A stretch of 64,000 bases of DNA. It comes from Ferroacidibacillus organovorans. GTDB lineage: Bacteria; Bacillota; Bacilli; Alicyclobacillales; SLC66. Shown piece after piece: positions 28,393-38,405 of this stretch. A program made the translations under genes and the position numbers. The notes below the pieces were generated by a model. It saw nothing but the letters and a program-made list of their open reading frames with translations. It was not told where the DNA came from and searched no databases. Each line of letters opens with the position of its first letter. The stretch's first letter is position 1. The stretch lies in the NCBI RefSeq assembly GCF_001642725.1, contig NZ_LSUQ01000006.1, positions 1 to 64,000 of the forward strand, written 5' to 3'.

Positions 28393-29379
28393 TTGAGAAA
28401 TCAAGGATCAGGGCGAGCGCAAGGGTTCAAATCCCGCTCCGAACGCGGTGGAAAACAGGAGAGGCAAGAAGGTGGTTTGCGCAGAGGAGGCGATTCGCGC
28501 GGTTCGGAGGATGCGCGCAGAAGGAACGGTCCGCGCGGTTCGGAGGATGCGCGCAGGAGGAGCGGCCCGCGCAGAGGAGTGAGTCGCGGACCCATTCGCG
28601 AGCGCGACGGTGCGGACGTCGAGATGACGCAAGAAACCGAGATGGTCATCGGTCGCCGGGCAGTGCTCGAAGCGATCAAGGGACAGCGCACACTGAACAA
28701 GTTGTTGGTTCAAGAAGGCGCTTCTGGCGGAAGTATCGGCGAAATCCTTGCGCTCTCGCGCGCAAACGGCATCGTCACACAGATGGTCCCGAAAGCAAAG
28801 CTTGACGAACTTGCGCAGAACAAGAGCCATCAAGGCGTCGCCGCTTATTTGAGCGCGAAGGATTACGTCGAGTTGGAAGCGCTCATCGCGCACGCTAGGG
28901 CGCACGGACCTGGGCTTATCGTGCTTCTCGATGGGTTGGAAGACCCGCACAACCTCGGTTCGGTCTTACGTTCTGCGGAAGGAGCAGGCGCACACGGCGT
29001 GATTATCCCGAAACGGCGCGCGGTTCCGCTTACGGGTACAGTGGCAAAGGCATCGGCAGGGGCGCTTGAACATGTGCAGGTTGCCCGTGTTGGAAATGTG
29101 AGCCAGGCGATTGAGACACTCCAAAAAGCGGGGTTCTGGGTATACGGGGCGGATGCAGAAGGGGAACAGACGCATGATCGCGTTGATCTGACAGAAGATG
29201 TTGTTCTCGTCATCGGCAATGAGGGTGCAGGACTTGCGCCGCTCGTAAAAAAACGCTGTGACCATTTGATTCGCATCCCGATGACTGGGAAAATTCAATC
29301 GCTAAATGCCGGAGTCGCGACAGGAATTTTACTGTTTGAAGCGGTGAGGCAGCGGAGAAACGCGAAATCGCCTCAATGA
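28393..29379 (+). CDS. rlmB: 23S rRNA (guanosine-2'-O)-methyltransferase RlmB/YacO with Arg/Gly-rich N-terminal extension
   Basis: HQGV, DPHNLGSVLRSA, VIGNEGAG and SLNAGVA SPOUT motifs; start uncertain (TTG 28393 vs ATG 28624). Confidence 0.9.
   Translation: MRNQGSGRAQGFKSRSERGGKQERQEGGLRRGGDSRGSEDARRRNGPRGSEDARRRSGPRRGVSRGPIRERDGADVEMTQETEMVIGRRAVLEAIKGQRTLNKLLVQEGASGGSIGEILALSRANGIVTQMVPKAKLDELAQNKSHQGVAAYLSAKDYVELEALIAHARAHGPGLIVLLDGLEDPHNLGSVLRSAEGAGAHGVIIPKRRAVPLTGTVAKASAGALEHVQVARVGNVSQAIETLQKAGFWVYGADAEGEQTHDRVDLTEDVVLVIGNEGAGLAPLVKKRCDHLIRIPMTGKIQSLNAGVATGILLFEAVRQRRNAKSPQ
28498..28569 (+). repeat. In-frame 36-bp tandem duplication (RGSEDARRRNGP / RGSEDARRRSGP)
   Basis: Two near-identical 36-nt units at 28498-28533 and 28534-28569. 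Confidence 0.9.
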
Positions 29380-29424
29380 TTCGCTGCGGTGGTAGAGAAT
29401 AGTAGCGCGATTGTATCGCGTCGC

Positions 29425-29461
29425 AAGGCACCTTCCGCGTGTCAGGGGAGGTGCCTTTTTG
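29425..29461 (+). terminator. Terminator after rlmB
   Basis: AAGGCACCTTCC / GGGAGGTGCCTT + T-run. Confidence 0.75.
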
Positions 29462-29501
29462 TGCGATGGAGCCGTCTGATCATGGATCTCTCATTCAATC
29501 G

Positions 29502-29531
29502 TTGACCTTACTAGATTACATAATGTATACT
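29502..29531 (+). promoter_or_regulatory. Putative sigma-A promoter of sigH
   Basis: TTGACC-18 nt-TATACT. Confidence 0.55.
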
Positions 29532-29647
29532 AGGCTCACTTCAAAGGATTGCGAAACACGCCCCTGTCTGTTGCTCTCGATAGGTCACGACACGAAACCG
29601 TGATGTTCATCTTTGCGCTTTTTTAGGTTCAGCAGGAGGGATGCCTC

Positions 29648-30292
29648 ATGGCTATGGAAATCCCCGTTACTCTGGAGCGAGATCTCTCCGACATCCCTGA
29701 TGAACTGCTGGTGGAGTGTGTACGAATCGGCGACGATGACGCACTGCTCAGTCTAATTCATCGCTACAAGTCATTTGTGCGTGGGAAGGCAAGATCGTAT
29801 TTCCTCATTGGGGCGGATCGCGAAGATATTGTTCAAGAAGGCATGATTGGGCTCTACAAGGCTATTCGCGACTTTCGCGATGACAAGCTCTCGTCGTTTA
29901 AAGCGTTTGCCGAGTTGTGCGTGACGCGCCAGATCATCACGGCGATCAAGACGGCGACTAGGCAGAAACACGTTCCCCTCAACTCCTATATTTCGTTGGA
30001 CAAGCCTATATACGAGGAAGATTCGGATCGCACACTGATGGACGTCATTGGCGGCGCGCGCGTCACAGATCCGGAAGAGCTGTTCATACACCAAGAAGAG
30101 TTCTCTGCAATCGAAGGTAAGATGGCAGAGCTTTTGAGTGGATTGGAGCGTGATGTTTTGATGCTCTATCTTGATGGACGCTCATACCAAGAGATTGCGG
30201 AAGACTTACAGCGTCATGTTAAAAGTATTGACAATGCGCTTCAACGCGTCAAACGGAAACTGGAGAAATATTTGGAAGACCGTTTTTTGTAA
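29648..30292 (+). CDS. sigH: RNA polymerase sigma-H factor
   Basis: KARSYFLIGADREDIVQEGMIGLYKAIRD, KTATRQKH, KSIDNALQRVKRKL. Confidence 0.97.
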   Translation: MAMEIPVTLERDLSDIPDELLVECVRIGDDDALLSLIHRYKSFVRGKARSYFLIGADREDIVQEGMIGLYKAIRDFRDDKLSSFKAFAELCVTRQIITAIKTATRQKHVPLNSYISLDKPIYEEDSDRTLMDVIGGARVTDPEELFIHQEEFSAIEGKMAELLSGLERDVLMLYLDGRSYQEIAEDLQRHVKSIDNALQRVKRKLEKYLEDRFL

Positions 30293-30368
30293 TCTGTCGA
30301 GATTTTTGATAAGATGTCTAAGTGTCATGGGACGGTCGACGTCCCTTTTTTGACGTGTGATTTTTTTG

Positions 30369-30397
30369 TTGACTTTCGCTTAACTCAGTGGTAATGT
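30369..30397 (+). promoter_or_regulatory. Putative sigma-A promoter of rpmG-secE-nusG
   Basis: TTGACT-17 nt-TAATGT with extended TG. Confidence 0.6.
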
Positions 30398-30446
30398 ATA
30401 TGGGTATTTTTACGGATTTCTGACCGTGGTTTTGGAGGTGGTTGAT

Positions 30447-30596
30447 GTGAGAGTCATGATTACGATGGCGTGCACGGATTGCAAACAGCGCAATTACACA
30501 AGCATGAAAAACAAGAAAAACAATCCTGACCGTATGGAACTCAAGAAATATTGCAAGTTCTGCAACGGTCACACGGTGCACCGCGAAACGCGCTGA
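30447..30596 (+). CDS. rpmG: 50S ribosomal protein L33 (Zn-binding form; not in ORF track)
   Basis: [59 protein letters not shown]. Confidence 0.96.
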   Translation: MRVMITMACTDCKQRNYTSMKNKKNNPDRMELKKYCKFCNGHTVHRETR

Positions 30597-30636
30597 TCAT
30601 CGATTGCTTTCAGAGAAGGATGGAGGCGAAGCGTTC

Positions 30637-30858
30637 GTGAGTTCAACGCCGTCTGAAGAGGGTCGACCCTTGCCGCAACCCTTCTCCTATTTTCGGGGGG
30701 TCTATGCGGAACTAAAGAAGGTGCGCTGGCCTAACCGCAAGGAAATGGTTCGTTATACGACGACAGTGGTTGTCGTATGTGTCATTCTTTTTGTCTTAAC
30801 GTACGCATTCGATCTTCTGGTCACAAAGCTCTTTCAGTTGATCGGGATCGGTTCTTAG
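30637..30858 (+). CDS. secE: Preprotein translocase subunit SecE
   Basis: ELKKVRWP motif, one TM, between rpmG and nusG. Confidence 0.93.
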   Translation: MSSTPSEEGRPLPQPFSYFRGVYAELKKVRWPNRKEMVRYTTTVVVVCVILFVLTYAFDLLVTKLFQLIGIGS

Positions 30859-30897
30859 TCATCTACGCAGGGGAGGTGCGGGCGTCCGCCCTCGGTA

Positions 30898-31443
30898 ATG
30901 GACAATCAAACAGAAGTCAGTTGGTACGTGGTGCACACGTATTCCGGCTATGAAAACAAAGTAAAAGCAAACCTTGAGCGCCGCGTTGAGTCGATGGACA
31001 TGTCGGACAAGATTTTTCGCGTTCTCGTGCCGGTTAACGAGGAGATCGAGGTCAAGAACGGCAAGCGAAAGACAGTCCAGCACAAGGTCTATCCCGGTTA
31101 TGTTCTCGTCGAGATGATCATGACGGACGATTCGTGGTATGTGGTGCGCAATACGCCGGGGGTGACGGGGTTCGTTGGCGCCAATACGTCAGGAGCCAAA
31201 CCGATTCCTCTTTTGTCCAACGAGGTGCGTTCGATCATGCGCCAAATGGGCGTAGATGATGTGAAGACGCGTTTTGATTTCGAGCAAAAAGAGGCTGTGC
31301 GAATTGTCGCGGGACCGTTTGCAAACTTCGTCGGCACGATCGATCAGATCGATATGACGCTCGAAAAAGTACAGGTGGTCGTCACGATGTTCGGTCGTGA
31401 TACGCCAGTAGAACTTGATTTTGATCAGATCGAAAAACTATAA
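30898..31443 (+). CDS. nusG: Transcription elongation factor NusG
   Basis: WYVVHTYSGYENKVK, PGYVLVEM, C-terminal KOW, MFGRDTPVEL. Confidence 0.97.
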   Translation: MDNQTEVSWYVVHTYSGYENKVKANLERRVESMDMSDKIFRVLVPVNEEIEVKNGKRKTVQHKVYPGYVLVEMIMTDDSWYVVRNTPGVTGFVGANTSGAKPIPLLSNEVRSIMRQMGVDDVKTRFDFEQKEAVRIVAGPFANFVGTIDQIDMTLEKVQVVVTMFGRDTPVELDFDQIEKL

Positions 31444-31475
31444 TCATTTGGTTGTGATGTGTGCTATACGTACCT

Positions 31476-31514
31476 GTGGGAGGTCGCGTGGTGCAAAGCG
31501 TCCGTCATGACCAC
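31476..31514 (+). promoter_or_regulatory. Putative L1-binding leader upstream of rplK
   Basis: GTGGGAG...ATGACCAC hairpin with asymmetric internal loop. Confidence 0.6.
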
Positions 31515-31543
31515 ATTCTGAGCGAAAAGAGGAGGTGTGCGCA

Positions 31544-31969
31544 GTGGCAAAACGCGTTATGAAGATCGTGAAGCTCCAAGTTATCGGGGGCAAAGCCACG
31601 CCAGCGCCACCGATTGGTCCAGCTCTTGGCCAAGCCGGTGTCAACATTATGATGTTTTGTAAAGAGTTTAATGCACGCACGGCAGATCAGGCGGGAACTG
31701 TGATTCCTGTTGTCATCACGGTGTACGAGGATCGCTCGTTTACGTTTGAGCTGAAGACGCCGCCTGCGGCAGTCTTGATCAAGAAAGCGATTGGAATCGA
31801 GTCTGGTTCCGGCGAGCCGAACAAGAAGAAGGTCGGCACGATCAGCCGTACGAAAGTCCGCGAGATTGCGGAGTTGAAGATGGTCGATCTGAATGCCGCT
31901 TCGATCGAAGCTGCAATGCGGATGGTTGAAGGTACAGCGCGTTCGATGGGCGTGACAGTCGGGGAGTAA
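31544..31969 (+). CDS. rplK: 50S ribosomal protein L11
   Basis: [24 protein letters not shown]. Confidence 0.97.
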   Translation: MAKRVMKIVKLQVIGGKATPAPPIGPALGQAGVNIMMFCKEFNARTADQAGTVIPVVITVYEDRSFTFELKTPPAAVLIKKAIGIESGSGEPNKKKVGTISRTKVREIAELKMVDLNAASIEAAMRMVEGTARSMGVTVGE

Positions 31970-31986
31970 GGATATCCCTGATGAGC

Positions 31987-32015
31987 GTGGGAGGTATTCG
32001 CATACCGCTTACCAC
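31987..32015 (+). promoter_or_regulatory. Putative L1-binding leader upstream of rplA
   Basis: GTGGGAGGTAT-TCGC-ATACCGCTTACCAC. Confidence 0.65.
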
Positions 32016-32035
32016 ATGTGAAGGAGAGTGATCAA

Positions 32036-32740
32036 ATGGCGGGGAAAAAGTACCAGGACGTCGTGAAGTTGATCGACCCAGAAAAGGCGTACGATCCGCT
32101 TGAAGCGATGGAACTCGTGAAAAAGACCTCTGTCGTCAAGTTCGACGCGACAGTTGAAGTTGCATTCCGTATGGGTCTTGACCAACGGAAAAATGATCAG
32201 CAAATCCGTGGCGCGGTTGTCTTGCCGCACGGCACAGGGCGCTCCGTTCGCCTTGTCGTTTTTGCGAAGGGTGACAAAGCGCGAGAGGCTGAGGCGGCTG
32301 GAGCTGACGTCGTGGGCGATGACGATCTCATCGCGCGCATTGCAGGTGGATGGCTTGAGTTTGATGCGGCGATCGCAACGCCAGACATGATGGCGTCGGT
32401 GGGTCGCTTAGGGCGTGTCCTTGGACCGCGTGGCTTAATGCCAAACCCCAAAACAGGCACGGTTACGTTTGATGTTAAACGTGCGGTTGAAGAGGTAAAA
32501 GCCGGTAAAGTGGAATACCGTCTCGATAAGGGCGGCAACGTTCACGCGGTGCTCGGCAAAGTTAGTTTCTCGACAGAACAATTGCTGGGGAATTTCCGCG
32601 TGATTGTCGATGCGATTCAGAAAGCCAAACCGGCTGCGGCGAAAGGTCAATACTTCCGCCATGTCAGTGTGAGCAGCACGATGGCGCCTGGTATTCAGCT
32701 GAACTTGCAACGGTTGTCTGCCTCTTCTGCGGCTGAGTGA
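32036..32740 (+). CDS. rplA: 50S ribosomal protein L1
   Basis: [29 protein letters not shown]. Confidence 0.97.
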   Translation: MAGKKYQDVVKLIDPEKAYDPLEAMELVKKTSVVKFDATVEVAFRMGLDQRKNDQQIRGAVVLPHGTGRSVRLVVFAKGDKAREAEAAGADVVGDDDLIARIAGGWLEFDAAIATPDMMASVGRLGRVLGPRGLMPNPKTGTVTFDVKRAVEEVKAGKVEYRLDKGGNVHAVLGKVSFSTEQLLGNFRVIVDAIQKAKPAAAKGQYFRHVSVSSTMAPGIQLNLQRLSASSAAE

Positions 32741-32811
32741 GTTGTAGGTGAATCGTTGGTCGCGTGGATTGCTAAATGCAATCGCGCTCTGCTATACTGA
32801 TACAGTATGTC

Positions 32812-32955
32812 GCGCTGTAGACAGCGGGTGCCGCGAGGCTTAATGTTACCCGCCGAGGTCGTCGACACTCTAACACTTCATAGGAATGTGTATGACTCCT
32901 TGATAGGGTTTGGGTTCGAGAAGAGACCTCCGTCGCAATGCGGAGGTCTCTTGGT
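32812..32955 (+). promoter_or_regulatory. L10 leader (attenuator) RNA
   Basis: GTAGACAGCGGGTG...TTAAT...CCCGCCGAGG core and downstream hairpin AAGAGACCTCCG/CGGAGGTCTCTT; preceded by TTGCTA...TG-c-TATACT promoter. Confidence 0.8.
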
Positions 32956-32989
32956 TTACAGCAACCAATGTAGAGTGGAGGTGTCAAAA

Positions 32990-33484
32990 ATGAGTGTGCA
33001 TGAAGAAAAAGCGCAGGTTGTCACTGAAGTCGTCGAGAAATTTCAAGCGGCCAAAAGTGTGATCGTCACCGATTATCGTGGCTTGACTGTCGCTGAGGTG
33101 ACAGAGCTTCGCAAGAATTTACGTGAAGCTGGAATTGATTTTCGGGTGCTTAAAAACACCTTGACACGTCGCGCAACGGCGATTGCACAGGTGCAAGGTT
33201 TGGATCCTTTCTTGAAGGGACCGACTGCCGTAGCGTTTGGTGAAGATGTTATCAGCCCTGCCAAAATTCTCAATGACTTTGCCGGAAAACACAAGGCGCT
33301 TGAGATCAAAGGCGGATTGGTAGAAGGGCGCGTCATTGATGTTGATGGCGTGAAAGAGCTTGCGACGCTACCGTCGCGCGAAGGATTGCTCTCGATGCTG
33401 CTTAGTGTGCTACAAGCGCCGATGCGCAACTTTGCCTATGCGACAAAGCAAGTGGCCGATCAAAAGGAAGCTGCTGGCGCTTAA
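32990..33484 (+). CDS. rplJ: 50S ribosomal protein L10
   Basis: [24 protein letters not shown] 32990 after GGAGGTG. Confidence 0.97.
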   Translation: MSVHEEKAQVVTEVVEKFQAAKSVIVTDYRGLTVAEVTELRKNLREAGIDFRVLKNTLTRRATAIAQVQGLDPFLKGPTAVAFGEDVISPAKILNDFAGKHKALEIKGGLVEGRVIDVDGVKELATLPSREGLLSMLLSVLQAPMRNFAYATKQVADQKEAAGA

Positions 33485-33562
33485 ACACATGATTTCGAGA
33501 GGTGATGCGCTATTGATGCGTGTTGCCGCAAATTTATAGAATGATTCCAAGGAGGAATTGAG

Positions 33563-33931
33563 ATGTCGAGTGAACAAATTCTCGAAGCGATCAAAACGAT
33601 GACGGTTCTCGAATTAAATGATTTGGTGAAAGCGATTGAAACAGAGTTTGGCGTGACGGCTGCAGCGCCTATGGCAATGGGCGGTGGCGGCGGCGCCGCG
33701 GTTGAGGCGGAAGTGGAGCAAACAGAGTTTGACGTCATTTTGACGGGCGCTGGCGCATCCAAAATCAACGTCATTAAAGCGGTTCGCGAAGTGACAGGCC
33801 TTGGTCTGAAAGAAGCAAAAGATCTTGTAGACAACCTGCCGAAACCTCTTAAAGAGAAAGTAAGCAAGGAAGATGCAGAAGGCTTCAAAGCGAAGATTGA
33901 CGAAGCTGGCGGAACGGTCGAAATCAAGTAA
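33563..33931 (+). CDS. rplL: 50S ribosomal protein L7/L12
   Basis: [20 protein letters not shown]. Confidence 0.97.
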   Translation: MSSEQILEAIKTMTVLELNDLVKAIETEFGVTAAAPMAMGGGGGAAVEAEVEQTEFDVILTGAGASKINVIKAVREVTGLGLKEAKDLVDNLPKPLKEKVSKEDAEGFKAKIDEAGGTVEIK

Positions 33932-33956
33932 GTTAATTGAAGAATGGATGATGATA

Positions 33957-33988
33957 AAAAGGAGTTGCTGCATTGCGGCGCTCCTTTT
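33957..33988 (+). terminator. Terminator after rplL
   Basis: AAAAGGAG...CTCCTTTT hairpin. Confidence 0.6.
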
Positions 33989-34007
33989 GTCTGTCAGGTG
34001 AACGATC

Positions 34008-34619
34008 ATGAGCGACCACTATTACACAGAAAATCCTCAGTCCCCCTCTGCTAAAACGCGGTGGACAACACGTATCAAAGACGTGCCTATCACATTTCAA
34101 ACTGCTCACGGCGTATTCAGCCGTGAGCGAGTGGATGAAGGGACGCGTCTCTTGATTGAGTCTGCGCAGATTTTGCCTCACGCGAATGTCCTTGATCTCG
34201 GTTGTGGCTATGGCGCGGTTGGCGTGAGTGTTCTCACGCTCGTGAAGACTGCGACCGTTACAATGGTGGATGTGAATGCGCGCGCGGTAGCGCTGGCTGA
34301 ACAAAATGCGCAGATCAATCATGTCGATGAGCGCGCGCGGACGCTGTGTGGCGACGCCGTCGGTCTTTTGATGACAGATGCGCAATGCTATGACGTTATC
34401 ATGTTGAACCCGCCTATTCGCGCTGGGAAAGACGTCGTATTTTCGCTCTATGAAGTTGCTCGAATGAAACTGAATCAGCAGGGCGTGTTGTACGTCGTGA
34501 TTCAGAAGAAGCAAGGTGCGCCTTCGACGGAAGATAAATTGCTTACGCTCTTCCAACAGGTGGAACGCGTCGCGCGCCATCGCGGTTATGTCGTCTTCTG
34601 TGCCAGGAACCCCCGCTGA
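34008..34619 (+). CDS. Class I SAM methyltransferase (RsmC/YbxB-like)
   Basis: HYY, GVFS, LDLGCGYG, NPPIRAGK, KKQGAPS; between rplL and rpoB. Confidence 0.9.
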   Translation: MSDHYYTENPQSPSAKTRWTTRIKDVPITFQTAHGVFSRERVDEGTRLLIESAQILPHANVLDLGCGYGAVGVSVLTLVKTATVTMVDVNARAVALAEQNAQINHVDERARTLCGDAVGLLMTDAQCYDVIMLNPPIRAGKDVVFSLYEVARMKLNQQGVLYVVIQKKQGAPSTEDKLLTLFQQVERVARHRGYVVFCARNPR

Positions 34620-34655
34620 CATTCAAAATTTATTCATTTTGATGAAATTCTCCTG

Positions 34656-34684
34656 TTGACTTCAATTTGTCGTCGTGGTATTGT
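34656..34684 (+). promoter_or_regulatory. Putative sigma-A promoter of rpoBC
   Basis: TTGACT-17 nt-TATTGT with extended TG. Confidence 0.6.
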
Positions 34685-34856
34685 TTAATAATGCGAAATG
34701 ATACTGTGGTATGCTATGCCACTGGGAATATTTTGCTTTGCTATTGGCAATACAAGAATACTGCGCGCTATGTAAAGGGAATTTGCGGCTGTGAGGCCCG
34801 TTCCTTTTTCTATCTTTTCACGGAACGCCAGCATCCAGCTACGAGGGGTGACCGTA

Positions 34857-37800
34857 TTGCAAGGACATGTTGTTCAGTATGGACGCCGTCAGCGTCGGAC
34901 GTATTCGCGGGTGTCAGAAGTTCATGAACTTCCGAATTTAATTGAGATTCAACAAAAGTCGTATGAATGGTTTTTGAATGAGGGGTTGCGCGAAATGTTT
35001 GCGGACATTTCACCGATCCAAGACTTTACAGGAAACCTCGTGCTGGAGTTTATCGACTACAGTCTCGGCGAACCGAAATACAGTGTTGATGAGTCAAAAG
35101 AGCGCGATGTTACCTATGCTGCTCCTCTTCGTGTCAAAGTACGGTTGATTAACCGTGAAACGGGCGAAGTGAAAGAGCAAGAGGTATTCATGGGTGATTT
35201 CCCTCTGATGACTGAAACGGGAACGTTTATCATCAATGGCGCTGAGCGCGTCATCGTAAGCCAACTCGTTCGCTCTCCGAGTGTGTATTTTAACGCAAAG
35301 ATTGACAAAAACGGCAAACGCACATTCAGTGCGACTGTGATTCCCAATCGCGGCGCCTGGCTCGAACTTGAGACGGACGCGAAAGACATAATATATGTTC
35401 GCATTGATCGAACGAGGAAAATTCCGGTCACGGTGCTTTTACGCGCGCTCGGATTCTCGACGGATGCTGAAATTTTAAACCTTTTGGGTGAAGACGACTA
35501 TCTGAGAAACACGCTCGAAAAGGATAGCACAGATTCGACCGAAAAAGCGTTGACTGAAATTTATGAGCGGTTGCGTCCTGGTGAACCGCCGACGGTAGAT
35601 AATGCGCGGAATCTCTTGTCTTCACGCTTTTTCGACCCGAAGCGCTACGACCTTGCCAACGTGGGTCGCTACAAAATCAATAAGAAATTACATCTTAAAA
35701 ACCGCCTTCTGAATCAACGGTTGGCAGAGACGCTGGTCGACCCGGAAACGGGGGAGGTCATCGCAGAGACGGGACAGTTGATTGATCGTCGCCTCCTTGA
35801 CCGATTGACGGTATACCTCGAAAACGGACTGAATCAAGTGACGCTGCGTTCGAACGCGGGACTTCTTGAAGACCCGACGGTCGTTATGCAAGAGATTCGC
35901 ATCCTCAGCCAAGTCGAAGAGGGTAAAATGATCAAAGTGATCGGGAATGGGCAAATCGACCGTCAGGTTAAAAACATCATTCCGGCGGATATTATTGCAT
36001 CGATCAACTACTTTATGAATTTGTTGCACGGTGTTGGAACGACGGATGACATTGACCATCTCGGCAATCGTCGTCTGCGCTCCGTGGGAGAGTTGCTTCA
36101 AAACCAGTTTCGTATCGGGTTGTCGCGCATGGAGCGCGTGGTTCGCGAGCGGATGTCAATTCAGGATGCCAATGCAATCACGCCACAGGCGCTGATCAAC
36201 ATTCGTCCGGTGATTGCCGCGATCAAGGAGTTTTTCGGTTCCAGCCAGTTGTCGCAGTTTATGGACCAAACCAACCCGTTGGCTGAACTTACTCACAAGC
36301 GCCGCTTGTCTGCGCTTGGGCCGGGCGGACTTACGCGCGAACGTGCAGGCTTTGAGGTGCGCGACGTTCACCCGTCTCACTACGGACGCATGTGTCCAAT
36401 CGAGACGCCAGAAGGTCCGAACATTGGCTTGATCAACTCCCTCTCGACGTATGCGCGCATTAATGAGTTCGGTTTTATTGAAACACCGTACCGCCGCCTT
36501 GACCCGGATACGGGCCGCATTTCTGAAGTTGCGGACTATTTGACGGCGGATGAAGAAGACAATTATGTCATCGGGCAGGCTGTCGCCAAACTGACGAAAG
36601 AAAACCGCATGGTTGAGGATGAGCAGATTGTCCGCTACAAAGGCGACATCCTCACGATGCCAAAAGAGCGCGTCGATTATATCGACGTTTCGCCAAAACA
36701 AGTTGTGTCTGTCGCGACGGCCATGATTCCGTTTCTTGAGAATGACGATGCGAACCGCGCTCTAATGGGATCAAACATGCAACGTCAAGCGGTGCCGCTG
36801 CTCGTGACGGAAGCGCCGTTCGTTGGAACGGGTATGGAACACAAAGCAGCGAAAGACTCAGGCGTGGTCATCGTGGCGCGACATGACGGTGTCGTTGAGC
36901 GCGTGACGGCCACCGAGATTATCGTGCGCACAGAGCTCACTGTGGATGGACAACTGGTGAAAGGTGACGTAGTACGCTACCGCTGCCAGAAGTTTATGCG
37001 CTCTAACCAAGGGACGTGTATTAATCAGCGTCCGCTCGTGCGCATGGGTGATCGCGTGAAACGCGGTGATATCTTGGCGGATGGACCTGCGACAGAACAG
37101 GGCGAGTTAGCGCTCGGACGAAATGTGCTCGTCGCGTTTATGACGTGGGAAGGGTACAACTACGAGGATGCGATTCTGCTCAGCGAAACGATGGTCAAGG
37201 ACGATGTTTACACATCGATTCACATTGAAGAGTACGAGTGTGAAGCGCGCGATACGAAGCTAGGGCCTGAAGAGATTACGCGCGATATCCCGAACGTGGG
37301 TGAAGAGGCGCTGCGCAATCTCGATGACCGCGGAATTATTCGCATTGGCGCAGAGATATTTGCAAATGACATCCTTGTCGGGAAGGTTACGCCAAAAGGA
37401 GTCACGGAACTCACAGCTGAAGAGCGATTGCTACACGCGATTTTCGGAGAGAAAGCGCGTGAAGTGCGTGACACGTCTCAGCGTGTTCCAAACGGTGGCG
37501 CGGGAATCGTCGTCGACGTGAAGGTGTTTACGCGTGAAAATGGCGATGAGTTGCCACCGGGCGTCAATCAGTTGGTCCGCGTTTATATTGCACAGAAGCG
37601 CAAGATTTCCGAGGGTGACAAGATGGCAGGCCGTCACGGAAACAAGGGTGTCGTCGCGCGGATCATGCCGATCGAGGATATGCCTTATTTGCCTGATGGT
37701 ACCCCTGTGCAAATCGTCTTGAATCCGCTTGGTGTTCCTTCACGGATGAACATTGGCCAGGTGCTGGAGACGCATTTGGGGATGGCGGCGAAAATGCTCG

Positions 37801-38390
37801 GCATTCATGTTGCGACGCCGGTTTTTGACGGCGCTCACGAGAGTGACGTGTTTGACGCGTTGGAAGAGGCGGGGCTTGCGCGGGATGGCAAAACGGTGCT
37901 CTTCGATGGTAGAACGGGTGAACGCTTTGACGGTCGCGTGACCGTTGGGTACGTGTATATGTTGAAATTGGCACACTTGGTCGATGACAAGATTCACGCG
38001 CGCTCGACGGGGCCTTACTCGCTTGTCACACAGCAACCGCTCGGAGGCAAGGCGCAGTTTGGCGGACAACGCTTTGGGGAGATGGAAGTGTGGGCGCTTG
38101 AAGCGTATGGAGCAGCCTATACCCTGCAGGAGATTCTCACAGTCAAATCGGATGATGTCGTGGGTCGCGTGAAAACCTATGAAGCGATCGTGAAAGGCGA
38201 GAATGTACCGGAACCTGGTGTGCCTGAGTCATTCAAAGTGTTGATCAAGGAACTGCAAAGTCTTGGTCTCGATGTCAAGATCTTGTCTGAAGATGAACAA
38301 GAGATCGCGATGCGCGAAGTCGATGAGGATGACGATACGTCAGAAAAACTCAACTTTAGCCTCGAAATGCGCGAGTTAGGCGACGACTGA
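34857..38390 (+). CDS. rpoB: RNA polymerase beta subunit
   Basis: [44 protein letters not shown] 34857 after GAGGGGTG. Confidence 0.98.
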   Translation: MQGHVVQYGRRQRRTYSRVSEVHELPNLIEIQQKSYEWFLNEGLREMFADISPIQDFTGNLVLEFIDYSLGEPKYSVDESKERDVTYAAPLRVKVRLINRETGEVKEQEVFMGDFPLMTETGTFIINGAERVIVSQLVRSPSVYFNAKIDKNGKRTFSATVIPNRGAWLELETDAKDIIYVRIDRTRKIPVTVLLRALGFSTDAEILNLLGEDDYLRNTLEKDSTDSTEKALTEIYERLRPGEPPTVDNARNLLSSRFFDPKRYDLANVGRYKINKKLHLKNRLLNQRLAETLVDPETGEVIAETGQLIDRRLLDRLTVYLENGLNQVTLRSNAGLLEDPTVVMQEIRILSQVEEGKMIKVIGNGQIDRQVKNIIPADIIASINYFMNLLHGVGTTDDIDHLGNRRLRSVGELLQNQFRIGLSRMERVVRERMSIQDANAITPQALINIRPVIAAIKEFFGSSQLSQFMDQTNPLAELTHKRRLSALGPGGLTRERAGFEVRDVHPSHYGRMCPIETPEGPNIGLINSLSTYARINEFGFIETPYRRLDPDTGRISEVADYLTADEEDNYVIGQAVAKLTKENRMVEDEQIVRYKGDILTMPKERVDYIDVSPKQVVSVATAMIPFLENDDANRALMGSNMQRQAVPLLVTEAPFVGTGMEHKAAKDSGVVIVARHDGVVERVTATEIIVRTELTVDGQLVKGDVVRYRCQKFMRSNQGTCINQRPLVRMGDRVKRGDILADGPATEQGELALGRNVLVAFMTWEGYNYEDAILLSETMVKDDVYTSIHIEEYECEARDTKLGPEEITRDIPNVGEEALRNLDDRGIIRIGAEIFANDILVGKVTPKGVTELTAEERLLHAIFGEKAREVRDTSQRVPNGGAGIVVDVKVFTRENGDELPPGVNQLVRVYIAQKRKISEGDKMAGRHGNKGVVARIMPIEDMPYLPDGTPVQIVLNPLGVPSRMNIGQVLETHLGMAAKMLGIHVATPVFDGAHESDVFDALEEAGLARDGKTVLFDGRTGERFDGRVTVGYVYMLKLAHLVDDKIHARSTGPYSLVTQQPLGGKAQFGGQRFGEMEVWALEAYGAAYTLQEILTVKSDDVVGRVKTYEAIVKGENVPEPGVPESFKVLIKELQSLGLDVKILSEDEQEIAMREVDEDDDTSEKLNFSLEMRELGDD

Positions 38391-38405
38391 TAGGGAGGGA
38401 CCCCT

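Noticed and set aside
32807..32989. N-terminal extension of rplJ in the ORF track
   Set aside because: This is the L10 leader RNA
36220..36335. Rifampicin-resistance substitutions in rpoB cluster I
   Set aside because: [26 protein letters not shown] is the usual sensitive-type sequence
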